Assembly (NCBI GenBank): GCA_028534125.1
Contig: CM052817.1
Span: 24,492,001 to 24,556,000, forward strand
Direction: 5' to 3'
Source: Lama glama
Taxonomy: Eukaryota
Length of the DNA stretch: 64,000 bases
Shown here: positions 1 through 13,075 of the stretch, in pieces
How the letters are laid out: each line of letters opens with the position of its first letter
Numbering within the stretch: the first letter of the stretch is position 1
Made by a program: the position numbers and the translations under genes
The notes under the pieces: model-generated
Database searches by the model: none
What the model was told of the DNA's origin: nothing
The model's input: only the letters and a program-made list of their open reading frames with translations

Positions 1-121
1 GCAGCCTTCACCACAACAGGTTCTTCTCAGTGCCTGCTTCTCATCACTACCTTTCAAATCTATGACTTACAGATTCATCTCCGGTTGGCAGCACCTAGAT
101 CCCATGCTTATGCCATAATTG

Positions 122-139
122 CACACACACACACACACA
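122..139 (+). repeat. (CA)n microsatellite
   Basis: About 9 CA units. Confidence 0.9.
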
Positions 140-499
140 AAGCTGGAAAAATTAGTTTCTGATATCTTCTGTAGAGATTCTTAAAGTAGAGAACTCCCCA
201 AAGTAGGTATGTTCAAAGGTACCAGGCTGACAAAAAGAACGACTGACGTCTACTCCCTTGGTTTCATAGCAGAGCTAGAATATCAGCCAACACTCTAGGT
301 CAGGGAGAACAAGAGGCTCAGGAGAGAATGGTGAGTTACTGTTCAACTCCTCTATTCCCTCTAAACCCTGGCTCCTTGTTCTTGACTTACCAGCTGAGCA
401 TCTTTGAGCGAATTACTCGACATTTCTAGCCCAAGCCGTCCGCCCAGCTGGAGTCCCTCAGATGGCCCTCCAGCAGCTCATTTCTATGCCCACTTGGAC

Positions 500-1010
500 T
501 TTAACAACATAAATCTCATGATGCTATTTTCTAGGCTTAACACACTCCAAAAGCTACCTGATCACTTTCCAACAGCCCGCAAGATCCTATAGGAACTGGT
601 CTCTGCCTAGATGCCCTTCAAGGCATCTAAGACCACCCTTTCCCTCATTAACTGTTGCTCAGCCCCACTGATTCAATAACACAGGCCAGCTTGTTTTGAC
701 TCAGTCCTGCCCTGTGGTTTGTCCCTACCTGTAATGTTCTTCCACCAAATGCCTGCCTGGGTGGATCCTTCTCATCATTCGGGTCTCAGCTCAAATGCCA
801 CTTCCTCAGAGACTTTCCTGAACATCCTATTTAAATTGGACACTCCTTCCAAACTCTTTATACTATACCCTCTTTTAAAAATCATATTTCTTATCAATAC
901 CTAGGTTACCTTATTTATCTATTTATTAAACTGTCTATTTTCTCTTTGCACTACTAAAAAATGATGTTCATATTTATCTCAGTATCCCCAGTGCCTAGAA
1001 CTGTGCCAAT
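500..1010 (+). mobile_element. LINE-2 3' fragment
   Basis: L2-like motifs ctcagctcaaatgccacttcctcagag and gtatccccagtgcctagaac; boundaries approximate. Confidence 0.7.
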
Positions 1011-1395
1011 TTCCTGAGCTGCTGATTCAGTTCCTTCCACACTCTTCTTATTCCAGACTTCCCTTTGCCCCACTTCCTGGCACCTTAACTGAGTTCCCAG
1101 TCATGCGTTTGAGCAGATGGGAACTCCCACTTCCCCTGAAGCAGATGGCATCCTTCATGGCTAGTGTAGGCAGGGTATCAGTAGCCTGGGAGTTGAGCAC
1201 ATGATCAGAATGTACAGGGCTGTGAAATTTGAAAGAAATTGAGTAGGAGAGTGGGGAAGAAAGATTGGAGATGTCAGGCAGGCCAAAAATCAGATGGGCA
1301 AAGATATGACAAAGGTGGCTATGGATATGAGGTTGAAAACAAGAGTCAGTTGACTTGCTGTGTGGCCAGGGCCTAACCTCAGCTGTCATTTCTTC

Positions 1396-1471
1396 TTAGA
1401 TGAGCACAGCAGAGAGGAAGCAGCAGACAGGGCCAGGAATAAAAACCACGTCGTTCGTCAAAGATCTGTTT
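1396..1471 (-). pseudogene. Gene A terminal exon (RNRSLTNDVVFIPGPVCCFLSAVLI*)
   Basis: Acceptor gctaatcctgctgtctttgtgtctctaag; hydrophobic tail then TAA at 1398-1396. Confidence 0.55.
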
Positions 1472-1736
1472 CTTAGAGACACAAAGACAGCAGGATTAGC
1501 TAAAACATCCACATGCTTGTTAATGATTCTTGTTACTATGGAGTCCTGAGAGCCAGGCTAATCTGCATGGAAGAGGGGCCCATCTGGGCTTGAATTTTCC
1601 TGGTGATGTCCGAGCTATCTGAGCTTTCTCAGGTATAGCTTCAAAAGAAGGATACCATCTTCTTCCTTTCAAGTAGGGTCCTACTTTAACTGTTTCCTTT
1701 TCACTTTTAGCTAAACTGACTTCACTTTACGTACAC

Positions 1737-1942
1737 CTGCAGACGAACATGTCCTCAAATAGAAGGATGTTTTCAGACAAGTATCCACTGAAAATCCCTG
1801 TGTCATAGACCTTGACCTGAACGTTGTGATGAGTTGGGTAATAGTTTTCAGTCTTAATGACTTTCCTTTTAATTACCTGAAATATCTAGACAATCACTTG
1901 CATTTCACTCTGCTGATGGTGAAATAGCCATGATGTTATAAA
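1737..1942 (-). pseudogene. Gene A exon 10 (..IFQVIKRKVIKTENYYPTHHNVQVKVYDTGIFSGYLSENILLFEDMFVC)
   Basis: 83-nt upstream intron ending ctaaccacag (5' boundary uncertain); donor gtgtac, phase 2, fits the next exon. Confidence 0.55.
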
Positions 1943-2025
1943 CTGTGGTTAGTGTGGGTTGCGGTTGTGTTAACCCAACTCTGTAAAGAAGTCCAAATTT
2001 CCTACTCTCTAATCAAAGTACTTAC

Positions 2026-2113
2026 CAGGGTCCAGGTCCAGTAAATGGCACGGATGAGTTAATAGGTAGGACATGTTCAACCTTTGAATTCTTCCACTCT
2101 ACTCTTGGTCCTC
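2026..2113 (-). pseudogene. Gene A exon 9 (88 nt; GPRVEWKNSKVEHVLPINSSVPFTGPGP)
   Basis: Acceptor aaactttcattcag, consensus donor gtaagt; only one frame open. Confidence 0.6.
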
Positions 2114-4617
2114 CTGAATGAAAGTTTTCACCCTTTCCGCTCCAACCCATCCTTCCTCTCCCATTGATTGCTAGATGAGTTTCTGCCTTCTCTCTCCCTT
2201 CCCCCAGGGACAGTAATATCTAATTGAACAGAAAGGGACCTTCAGGCAAGCTTCTTGTCTGCCATAGGGTAGAGGACTTGTTTGAATCATTGTTTCTACT
2301 TTGATGTGAGCTATTATAGGGAGAAAGTCCCTCCTGGATCAAGTGAGAGAGAGAGAAGGAGAAATAAATGCTCAGAAACAACCACATCATTGCTTGGACA
2401 TATAACATTGACAAGACTGCAAACAACAGAAACCACTTGAGGTATTTAGACAAACAAGGAGGACTTCACTACAAAGAAGGGTTTCTTTCTCATGGCAGCA
2501 AAAGGCTGGGGTGCAGGCTGATCCCAGAAGTAACTGTGACTTACAGATTCAAGCTCCATCTGGACCCATTTTCTGCCTCTTGCCTCTTGGCTATGTGTCC
2601 GTTGCAAGTCTTTCTCTCTCACTCTCACTCCTCTCTTGCTTTTTAGCTCTTTCTCTACCTCTGGTGCTATCTGTAGTCCTTGACCTACTCTGACTTCATC
2701 TGCAGTAGCTTCCACTGCTTCTCTTGTGCACATGGAAGAAGTATGACCACTGATGATCTGTCCTGGATTTACCAGTTACAGGTCCAGCAACCCAAATTCC
2801 CAGAGAAGGAACTCTGACAAGTCCACCCTGTAACTGACTTAACGTTATATGAACATGGCAGCCAGAGCTACCACTGCATCCATGTGAAAGGAGGTCACAG
2901 AATGGGAAAGCAAGGAACCAAAGACGAGAAGCACATACAACAAATACCTACCTATTTACTTATATCGTATGACAAGTTGTCTTCCTAATTTGTGAGCATT
3001 ATACCAATTGCATCATGGGTTTCATCTCACTGGAAAACAAAGAAGAGCACTAGACGCTTGGTCTATTTGCAAATATTTGCAGACCTAACTATTCATACAG
3101 TAGAGCTAGCTCCAAAATCTGTATCAGCTACACTTAGCTAAAGATAGAATCCTGCTTTTATCATTTCAATGGTGAGAAACTTCTTGGTGCTCTGTATGAC
3201 TGCCCACAAGATTAAGTGCTGCATTCTACATTTTTAGCAGATGGAGAGCTTTCTTCACTTACTATAATTCTCATGTCTTGAGCCAGATGGAGGAAGGGAA
3301 TTAGAAAATAACGATGCATAAAGTAAACATTAGTTGTTACTCCTTCATTTTTTTAGAACTATAATTTTAATGTCATTCTTTCCTCCCTCTGTCTGTCTTT
3401 CCTCAAGATTCTTCATCAGTAGCCTATATTCTATGGTGACATGTATTCACTTTGCAGAACAAGGAAGGTGATAGGTGCTCAATAAATTCTTGCTGAAATA
3501 AACTGTGTTTATCTACTAGGTGCAAAGTGTCACATGACCAATTTTGCCACTTCTCCTCTGATGGAACAGGTAAATAGGGAAGAGATAAATGTTGAAGTAT
3601 TTATCAGTTTACATCAGAAGTCCTTTATGGGTATTTCTGTGGTGTTATTCATGATTGTCTTTGCAACTCTAGGCTGTGATGGTATTTTCCTTTTTCAGAA
3701 TTAACAGTAGTGTGGTTCTCTTAGGGAAATACTAAAAATATTCTATGCCACATGTGGCTTTCCTAATGTTAATACAGGTATGTGTGCCTTTGCTAGATTC
3801 AACAGCTTGTCTGCTATTTTGAATATATTCCAAGATCATTTGCCAGGTATTGGCAATTCATTCTAGAAGCATTTATTAAGAACCTCCTTTATGCTAAGTG
3901 CTATGTAATTCCAAAGAAAAAGCTCAAAGAAATGGCTACAGTAAGAAAATGGTTTTGCTTTTCACTCCTAGTAGACATTCTATGTCTTTCCAAAAAGCTA
4001 ACTATTAAGGTTGGCTGTATAGATTTTAATTTATAGCTTCTACACTGTTCCTTTTTCCAAATGATTCATATTCCCTATTCTTTCCATAATTACAAGAGTT
4101 TTCAAAAATTGAAATCTGCTCCGTATCTCTTAGGGTTTTTTTTTTCTCATTTTACAATACATTAAACTAAGACTTACAGTTGCTTTAGTGGTAAGTGTTT
4201 TTGTTTTTGCTATTGGTTTTTTCCCCCTGACTTTTTAATTGAAATCCTTACTGTTCCCTTCAGAAGGGAGAAGGAAAGAAATATTTTTAACAGAAATTTT
4301 TTAAAAAGGAAGATTTTAAAAATAGAGACTATTTTCTAGGAATAGGTTAACTGTTCTCTCTGTGTTTAGAGTTGTCTGTAGACCAGGTAGTGGAGTGTGG
4401 CCATGATCAGGTTAATTTTGTCACTATAACAACCAGCACTGACAATAGGCATGTAAAAAGCTTTCTTGGGGGAAAAGGTCATTTCCTTAAGAACTGAAAT
4501 TAATTAAGAGATATGTCTAATAAGAATATGAAGGAAGTAGAGATTTTGATTGCTTCCAGTTAACACAGCTGTAAATTTTTGCTTGAAAGTCTAATATATT
4601 GAAAGAATTAGCAATAC

Positions 4618-5025
4618 CTTGAAAGCACTCTCAGCACTCCTTTTAATTTAATAACGTCTTCATGATGTAAAAATGACTCAAGTGTACGTACAACTATGCT
4701 GCCTAATGAATTTCTGGAAAGAAGGGGGTCTTCATTAAAACATGTCTGTAAAAACTCTGAATTCATCAGGATACAGGTTTAACTCCAGACTGACTATTGA
4801 AGCTTTGACATTTTCAGGGACTCCATATCCATGAAGTTCTGTTTTGCTCCTTAATAGATGTTTGCACACAACCCTAATAGCATCTTTTATCACAGAGCTT
4901 TACGGTGTTCCACAGCTACATTTGACAATCTTGATTTGCAAACGGAAATTCAGAAAGGTTAAGTGATTCCGGATCCGATTCTTTTCTGCCCTCATTAAGC
5001 TCACAGGGCTCTGCCCAGGCTGTGT
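4618..5025 (-). pseudogene. Gene A exon 8 (408 nt; TQPGQSPVS..FRLQIKIVKCSCGTP*..ELHGYGVPENVKASIVSLELNLYPDEFRVF/LQTCFNEDPLL..KGVLRVLS)
   Basis: Acceptor tttgttttcttcccag, donor gtattg; about 135 codons with one stop and one frameshift. Confidence 0.65.
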
Positions 5026-5477
5026 CTGGGAAGAAAACAAACTGTGACACAGATACCACAGTCCATCTGGGTCACTGCAGCAGTTCTTAGTGATCCATCT
5101 GCACTGATACCAGAGATAAAGGTGGGGAACTCCTATTACTGTGCCGCCGCCACCTCCACTCACCTTGAGCTCCTCCTTTCTGAACTCCTGGTGTCCTCAT
5201 CCTTAATCCGCATTCTTTATCATTCACGGCTCTGCACCATTGCTTAATCCTTTCATGTTCATTTATTCAACTGACTCATAATTATGAAACATTTATTGTG
5301 AAGAAAGCACTATTGTAGACTGGTGTGTGTTTTCTTTTTAATCTTACTCATGTAAATTGTTCCATCTTATTCAAAAAGAAAAACAAAAATGAAGGAAATT
5401 TGCTTTTCTATTGCAATAAGGCAATATGGAGTCACTGTTCTCAGGAATTAAAACCTAGAAAAGAAGAAAGGACTAAT

Positions 5478-5831
5478 GTGGTATTCATTAAGATGCTCCA
5501 CAGATATTCCAGTTCTTTTCTCCCAGGTTTGTGGCTGAGTTAAAATTATTCACCCTCCCTACAGTTGGGTGTGATCATGTGACTTTTTCTGGCTAGTAAA
5601 ACATGAGTTGAAGTTATCTATATATCTTCCAGGTGGAAGTTTTAAGGGCCAGTTGGCAACTCACCACATTCCTTGTATCCTACCTTAGTGATCATACAAG
5701 TACATGAGAAAGTGGAGCTTCCATCAGTCAGGGTCTTAGAGCATCCACTATGAGCAAAGCCCCTCTTCCAGTCTTCACTGAATGTGTAGCATGAGTGAGA
5801 AACTTTTGCTGTATTTAACCACTGTGATTTT
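5478..5831 (+). mobile_element. MaLR (MLT1-type) LTR, 5' part; resumes at 7931-7990
   Basis: MLT1-like gatcatgtgact..gtagcatgagtgagaaac; terminal part (gagattttgaggttgattgtta..cataacct) follows the L1. Confidence 0.7.
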
Positions 5832-7928
5832 TCAACAGTTTAATCGAGATATAATTTATATACCACAAAATTCTCCTGTTTGAAGTATACAATTCAGTAG
5901 TTTTTAGTACAAAGTTGTAGAACCATCACCATAATCTCATTTTTGAAAAGTTTCATCAGAACAACATCATTTAGAAGATTTCATCAACAAGAAATCTCAT
6001 ATCCATCAGCATCACTCCCCATTTCTCCTTCATCCTCCCAGCTCTAGGCAATCACTAATCTACTTCTGTCTCTATAAATTTAGCCATTTTGAGCATTTCA
6101 CATAAATTGATTTGTATAATATGTGGTCTTTTGTGACTGTTTTCTTTCACTAAGCAAGATTCATCCATGGTGTAGCATCTTTCAGTAATGTATTCCTTTT
6201 TATTGCTGAATACATTGTATGTATGTATCACATTTTGTTTATCTGTTCATCACGTGATGGACATTTGGATTGTTTCCACTTTTTGGCATTTATGAATAAT
6301 GCTGTTACAAACATTTGCATACAAGTTTGTGTCAATAAATATTCTTATTTCTCTTGGAATTTCTCTAGGAGTGGAATCACTGGATCATATGGTAATTATG
6401 TTTAACAATTTGGAGAACTGATTTCCAAAGTGACTGTATCATTTTATATTCACATCAGCAGTGCTTAAAGCTTCCAATTTCTTCACATCCATACCAAAAA
6501 TTGTTATTGTCTGGCTATTTTATTATAGTCATTTAAGTGGGTATGCAATGGTATTTTACTGTCATTTTGATTTGCATTTCCTAAATGAGTAATAATGTTG
6601 TGCATCCTTTCATGTACTTATTTATCATTTGTAAATCTTTTCTTGAGAAATGTCTACTAAATTCTTTGATCATTTTATAATTGGTAAATGTCTTACTATT
6701 GAGTTAAAAGAGTATATTATAAAAACTATACACAAGTCCCTTATCAAATACTTAATTTGCAAATATTGTTTCCCATTCTGTGGGTTGGCTTTTCTCTTTC
6801 CTGTTGACATGTTTGCAAGACAAAATTTTTTAATTTTGATCAAGTTCAATGTTTTGATTTTTTTTCTTTTATCACTTGTGTTTTGGGTGATTTATCTAAG
6901 AAGATACTGTCTAAGCCAAGATCACAAAGATTTACTCCTATAACTTCTTGTAAGAATTTTATAGTTTTAGCACTTACATTTAGATCTAGGATCCATTTTA
7001 AGCACATTTTTATGTGTAGTGTGAGTAGGGGTCTAAATTAATTCTTTTGCATGTTGATATCCAGTTAACCCAGAACTATGTGTTGAAAAGATTTCTCCTA
7101 TTGAATTGTCTTGGAACCTTTGTCAAAAAGCATTTGACCATAAACATGATTTATTTCTGGTCTTTTAATACTATTCTACATTAGTCCATTCTATGCCAGT
7201 ACCACACTGTGTTATTTACTATAGTTTTGTAATAGGTTTTAAAATCTGATAGTGTATGTTCTTTGACCTTGTCATTCTTTTTTATGGATTGATTTGGCCG
7301 GTGTAGGTTTTGCATTTCCATAAATTTTAGAGTCAGTTTGTCAATTTCTGCAGGGATGGAGGGTAGGAGGGATAGGAAGGAAAGCAGGCAGGCAGGCAGG
7401 CAGGCAGGAAGGAAGGAAGCAAGGAAGGGCGGAAAGAAGAAACTGGACTAGCTAGAATTTCATGGAGATTGCATTAAATCTGTAGATAAATTTGGAGCAT
7501 ATTACCATTTTAACATTGAATCCTCTGATCCATGAACATAGGATATCTCCATTTATTTAGATCTTTAATTTTTTTCTACAATGCCATGTTTTGGTCTTGC
7601 ACTTCTTTTGCTAAGTTTATTCTTAATAAGCTTTTAATCTTTTGGGTGCTATTGTGAATGAAATTTTTTTAATTTCTTTCTTGTTTTATTCATTGCTAGT
7701 GTATAGAAATGCAATTGGTTTTTATATCAAACTTGTACTCTGTGACCTCGCTGAATTCATTTATTCTAGTGTTTTTTTAGTGGATTTCTTGGGATTTTCT
7801 ACATAAGAGATCACATTGCCTGCATATATAAACAGTTTTACTTCTTCCTTTCCAATTTAATGCCTTTTATTTATTTTATTTTCCTATTTGTCCTGTCTAG
7901 AATCTGTGGTATGATACTGAAGAATAGA
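5832..7928 (-). mobile_element. Old LINE-1, 3' 2.1 kb (ORF2 end + 3'UTR)
   Basis: Typical antisense L1 text (ggagtggaatcactggatcatatgg, ttgatttgcatttccta); contains a purine-rich simple repeat at 7355-7441. Confidence 0.9.
7355..7441 (+). repeat. (GGCA)n/(GGAA)n purine-rich simple repeat
   Basis: Directly visible. Confidence 0.85.
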
Positions 7929-8640
7929 ATCCATGAGATTTTGAGGTTGATTGTTATTGGAACATAACCTTGCCTTTATATCAATAATGCAAACATTAGA
8001 AGGAACAAAATAGAGATGGAGTCCATTTAGTTGGCAAAATCAGGGAAGGCTTTTGTAAAAGTGACCTGGAAAGGATAAGCCTTGAAGGATGGAGGTGAAG
8101 CCATTCAGTATGAAAAACTACAATACTGAGTTATATACCTTGACTTTGTCAGAGTAAATCTGCAATGAAGAGTAGAGAAAAGATAGGAAATACAAGTTAA
8201 GGAACTAGATATTTGTGAAAAGCTGTACTGGTAAATTGAGCATGAAGATAGAAAGATCAGTTAGGAGGCTACTTCAAAAGCTTAGAGAGGAAATAGTAAG
8301 TGTCAGAGCTAAGAAGTAATTAATGCTGCCCATTCCCAGATCCCTTCTGTGTTTACATTTAGAGCTTTGATAGTATCTGCCTTCCATCTACCCAGGTTCC
8401 TAGAGTCCCCAGCTCCAAGCTGAAGAATATTAACTAGCTACTAGCATGAATCTATTATAAGCCTTGTTCCTGGCTCTATTTTGATCTTGGACCCCCAATA
8501 TCAGGAAAAGTATGTGTCTTCCACTTTTAAATTGCAAGACTGCTTTTGAAATTCTGTGATCTGCTTTTCTGGTTTGCCACAGGCCCAGGAATCAATGTAG
8601 TTCTCTTGCCTTTTTCATGTTGCTGTAGCTCATTGCTTAC

Positions 8641-8828
8641 CTAGATTTTCTCATCTCAGCTAGACTGCTGTGTGGAGTAAAATCCAATGTCAGGTATATG
8701 AGTCTTAAACAGATGGAGTATCATTATTCTAATTTTATTACTAGGAGTGCAGAAAGCATTCATCTCTTGTCCACAGAATCCAAATGTTCTGGGCCATCCA
8801 AAAGCAGAGGAAATGTACCGTACCCTTG
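8641..8828 (-). pseudogene. Gene A exon 7 (188 nt; ..AFCTPSNKIRIMILHLFKTHIPDIG..SLAEMRK)
   Basis: Strong acceptor cttttacacacctccccccag and donor gtaagc; frameshifted. Confidence 0.6.
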
Positions 8829-8884
8829 CTGGGGGGAGGTGTGTAAAAGTTTTGACCATCTGACCTCTGAAACACCTTCTAGTG

Positions 8885-9308
8885 TTTAGAAAACTCTGTA
8901 CTGCCTGAGTCTAGATGCAGGACAGCCACTGTCCCTGGCTTCCTGGCCTCAGAAACCAGACTGGAGATTACAGGGCAATAATGCTGGCAATGTCTAGTGC
9001 CCAGTGGCAGTGGTGCCAGTGGTGCCAGTGGTGATACCCAGTGAATGGTACTGGTGGTGGCAGGGGTGCACTGCAGTGTTTAGGCTTCAGCAGCTGAAGA
9101 GTCAGTGCTGTCCTAGTGTCTGTTCTTGTGATACTTTAGGTTGTGGATCCAACGAGCTGAACTATTGTGGTCCCCTCCCATTTTCCAAGCCTGATTCTTC
9201 ATCACTCCCAACAACTACTATCCAATTATGTCCCGGAAAATTGCTTATATGCTTAAGCCAATCAGCACCATTTCTGTTACTTTCTACCAAAAACCCTATG
9301 TAGGACAG
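8885..9308 (+). mobile_element. Ancient ERVL-type LTR (LTR16/LTR33-like)
   Basis: gtggcagtggtg low-complexity core and 3' end gcttaagccaatcag..tttctgttact..aaccct. Confidence 0.5.
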
Positions 9309-9564
9309 ATGGTTGATTTCTTAATTTTCCACCTAAATCATATATAAATCAAGCACTTGATTTCAAAGGGTAGTTAATCCTTTGAATTGAATTGGAACAC
9401 ATGTTGGATTATAGTCAGTAAATTTTATTGTCATATTCTAATTAACACAATTATTCAGAAAAGGTGGCAAAATTCTATGTTGACTTACCACTTCCTATTT
9501 AGTTTTACTCCCCTGAGTATCTTATAACCTAGCTAAGAGTGTTCAAATTATTTTTAAAAATCAC

Positions 9565-10582
9565 TTTTTTCCTCTGTGTTTTCTTCCAGGAGTTTTGCAA
9601 TTTCAGATCTTATGTTTAAGTCTTTAATCCATCTTGGGTCAATTTTTGTTCATGGTGTAAGATAAGGGGAAATTTTCATTCTTCTGCACATGGACATCTA
9701 ATTTACCTAACAACACATATTGAAGAGACTATCCTTTCCTCATTTTGTATTCTTGGCACCCTTGTTGAGGATTATTTGACTGTGTATGCATGGGTTTATT
9801 TCTGAGCTCTCTATCCTCTTCCATTGATTGATGTGTCTGTTGTTATGCCAGTGCTATACTGTACTGATTACTATGGCTTAGTAAAATCATTTGAAATGAG
9901 GAAATGTGATACCTCCAGCTTTGTTTCCTTGCTCAGAATTGCTCTGGCTCTTTGGAGTCTTTAGTGCTTCTATGTGAATTTTAGGATTGTTTCATCTATT
10001 GATCTTGGCAATGATTTTTTTTAAGCTATGACACCCAAAGCACAAGCAACAAAAGCAAAAATAAATAAGGGAGATTACATCAAACTAAAAAGCTGCATGG
10101 GCAAAGGAAACCACCAACAAACTGACAGAATCAGAGAAAGTATCTGTAAACCATATATCTTATAAAGGACTAATATCCACATTGTATAAGAAACTCATAC
10201 ATCTTAATAGCAAAAACAGAACAAAAACAAATAACCCAATTAAAACATGGGCAAAGGAACTAAACTGATATTTCTCCAAAGATATACACATGGCCAAAAA
10301 ATGGTTATATGAGAAGATGCTTAACAGCATTAATCATCAGAGAAATGCAAATCAAAACTACAGTGAGATATCACCTCATACCTACTAGGAAGGTTATTTA
10401 AAAAACAAAAGACAAGTTTTGGCAAGGATGGAGAGAAAAGAGAATCCTTGCACACTGTTGGTAGGAAGGTATATTGGTACAGCTTTTATGTATGAAGACA
10501 GTATGGAAGGTCCTCAAAAAATTAGAAATAGAACTATTATATGATCCAGCAATCCCACTTCTGAGTATATATTCAAAGGAAT
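9565..10582. mobile_element. LINE-1 with 5' inversion (9565-10000 antisense, 10001-10582 sense)
   Basis: Orientation switch near 10000; the two parts are adjacent ORF2 segments. Confidence 0.85.
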
Positions 10583-11458
10583 TCATTTAAACTCTCTGAG
10601 CCTCTTGTACCCATCTATAAAGCTGAGCTGTTAATAGAATTAAAGGATATGGAATTTAGCTTTTACACAATAAAATTTTTAAAAAATCAATGTAAATAGG
10701 CAATGTAGCTAACTTTGTCATCCAAGTAGAGTATTTTATACCTTATACTGTTTGATTTTCCTAACAACCAATATAAAATATATAGAAAGTGCAAATCATG
10801 TCCATCAGTTTGGATCTTGTTATTATATTGGTAGCCATGTGGCATATTATAATTAAGCTACAGTTCAGTATTAAGAGATCTAGTTTTGAGCCTGGCTTTG
10901 CCATCCACCAACTGAGTGAACCTGGACGTGCCCTAAAATCTCTTGATCCACTTTTTCAAGTTAGAAAAAAATGGTAGGGGTGGGGTGACTATAATAAATC
11001 CAGAACCTACCTCACAGGGTTAGAATCAAAATGAGTTGACAGGTACAAAAGTGCTTCGTAAAAATTAATTCTCCAAGTAAGTATCGGATGATGGAACAGG
11101 AGAGAAGAGGGTGACTGAAGGGACTGTATTTGCGATTAACGTCAGGAGGGGGAAAAAGCTTGGCAATCATAAAACAAGAATAAAACAATTTATAAATATA
11201 AAATAATCTACAGATTTTTATTAAGAAATTCACCTTACTTTCTTCTACTTGGTGTGGTATGTGTTGTGCTCTCACAACAATGTAAGTGTTTAGAAGGTTG
11301 TAAGAGGCACACTGATCAAAAAATATATTAAACAGATTTGGAAGGGGGTGGATATAAAGTTAGAACTTCTGAGTCATGAAAACATCAGACAGCAAATTCA
11401 GAAAGGTGTAACTTTATTTAAAACCGAGCTGCTGTGAATTCTGTTGTGCTGCAGACAC

Positions 11459-11895
11459 CTCTGAATCAACCGTCTCTGTTGGCAAATTGTTATGCTGACA
11501 AATTCTCACATCAACTGAAAATTTCCATTTTGTAAACAAGTAAGTGGGTTCTTGATGGTCTGAATTAGATCCTTTAGCTGGAATTTTGGAAACTGGACTC
11601 CTTGTTTGAGTGACCCTGTATAATCCATTTCTCACATCTGCAGAAAGATTCAAATATTTATCTCCCAAATCAGGGAGCCAATGTGAACATTCATGTAACA
11701 TTAAGTCTAAATTTTTCTTCAAGTTTGGGAAACAAAAATACACGGCTGGCTTCATTGGCTAGATTTCCTGAGATAAGAGTAGCCTGGTGTGTTAATTTGG
11801 TCATCTTTATGACACTAGAGGCTCTATTTCCACTTCTGTCCACAACAGGACAAATGCAGAACGCTGATCCAGAAGCACCCAGGCCAGAAGATTTG
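11459..11895 (-). pseudogene. Gene A exon 6 (NLLAWVLLDQRSAFVLLWTEVEIEPLVS../..WLPDLGDKYLNLSADVRNGLYRVTQTRSPVS..KWKFSVDVRIC..)
   Basis: Acceptor-like ctaatacactcatatttctctacAT (AG lost), donor gtgtct; overlapping minus-strand ORFs 11691-12014 and 11414-11755 imply frameshifts. Confidence 0.6.
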
Positions 11896-12929
11896 ATGTA
11901 GAGAAATATGAGTGTATTAGTAGGCAAATACTGGGTAATAGATCTTCCTTCTACTGGGTCAGAGTTAGTCACAGGGACTCTGGTTGTGTGCTTTATGATC
12001 ACAACCCCTGTCATCCAAGCAGGACAAACTGGACATGTGACACAGCCATGCAGCTGGGGAAAAAATCAGGGAAGTAGGTGAGGTCTATTTGCATACCATG
12101 GACTTTGGATCAGGTAACCTGCACACACATCACAAAGGTATGCAAGGGACAGCAGTGTCCAAGAAGGGACATCAAGTGGGGAGATAAGAGGTGTTGGGCC
12201 CAGAGCCCAGAAACAGTGGGATTAAATGAGATGCCTATTAAAAGACTTCCACAGTGTCTAGCTTGCAGATGTTCAGTTTATTGATACTATTAGACATTAG
12301 TGTTCTTTCTTCCTGTTTTATAAAATTACTTTGTGGAAGGGGGTATTATCTATATACCCATGGGAGCTGGATTCCATGACCACAAGTTTCCTTCTAGCTC
12401 TATGAGTAGATGGATCTAGCAGTAATTTTACCCTGGAGCAGCACTGTTTTATCAAGAACTGGCATCACTGTTTTATAAAGACAGGGCACTTCTTTATGGT
12501 CCTCTAGCCAGCTAACTGGGGTGAGTGAGAGGGTGAAGAAGGGAAAACTTCTTGATCACAAGCTTGGGACCAAGCCCATTTTTCATGTACTTTTATCTTC
12601 CTATTTCTAGATGATTTTCTAGATGCTCCAGCCAACTTCAGAGATGATATGGGTTTACCTGTGGTCCTGTGAGGAAAGAACAGGGCCCAAAGAAAACAAG
12701 GAGTTTGGAAGTCTTTGTCATTAGATCAAAATCCTACAAGTTGGAAGAGTCTAGCCTTGTGTGATCTTGTGAACACAGACCTGCTTTCCTATTTGGAAAT
12801 ATGATAACCAGCCTTCCACACCTGTGAACACAGGGCTGAACAACCCTTTTTTTTTTTTTTTTGTTACTAAAGATGTTAGCCAGGGCCAGACCTGAGCAAA
12901 ATTAGAAAACAGAGGTGGTATGTTACAAA

Positions 12930-13075
12930 GATTACTGAGACAGGGGCCCAAATACCTGGATCTCAGCTCTAACATTAACCAGTTATATGACCTTGGACAA
13001 GTCATTTCTATTTTTTGAACCTTAGTTTTCTCAGGTGTAAAATGAGAGTAATAATAACATGTTTACAAGATGTTT
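12930..13075 (+). mobile_element. MIR SINE
   Basis: gaccttggacaagtcattt..cttagttttctcaggtgtaaaatgaga core. Confidence 0.7.

Noticed and set aside
4904..5025. Short 122-nt exon reading DTAWAEPCEL.. with donor gtaaag
   Set aside because: The alternative frame continues in register to the GVPEN motif and matches the internal repeat, so a longer exon (4618-5025) fits better.
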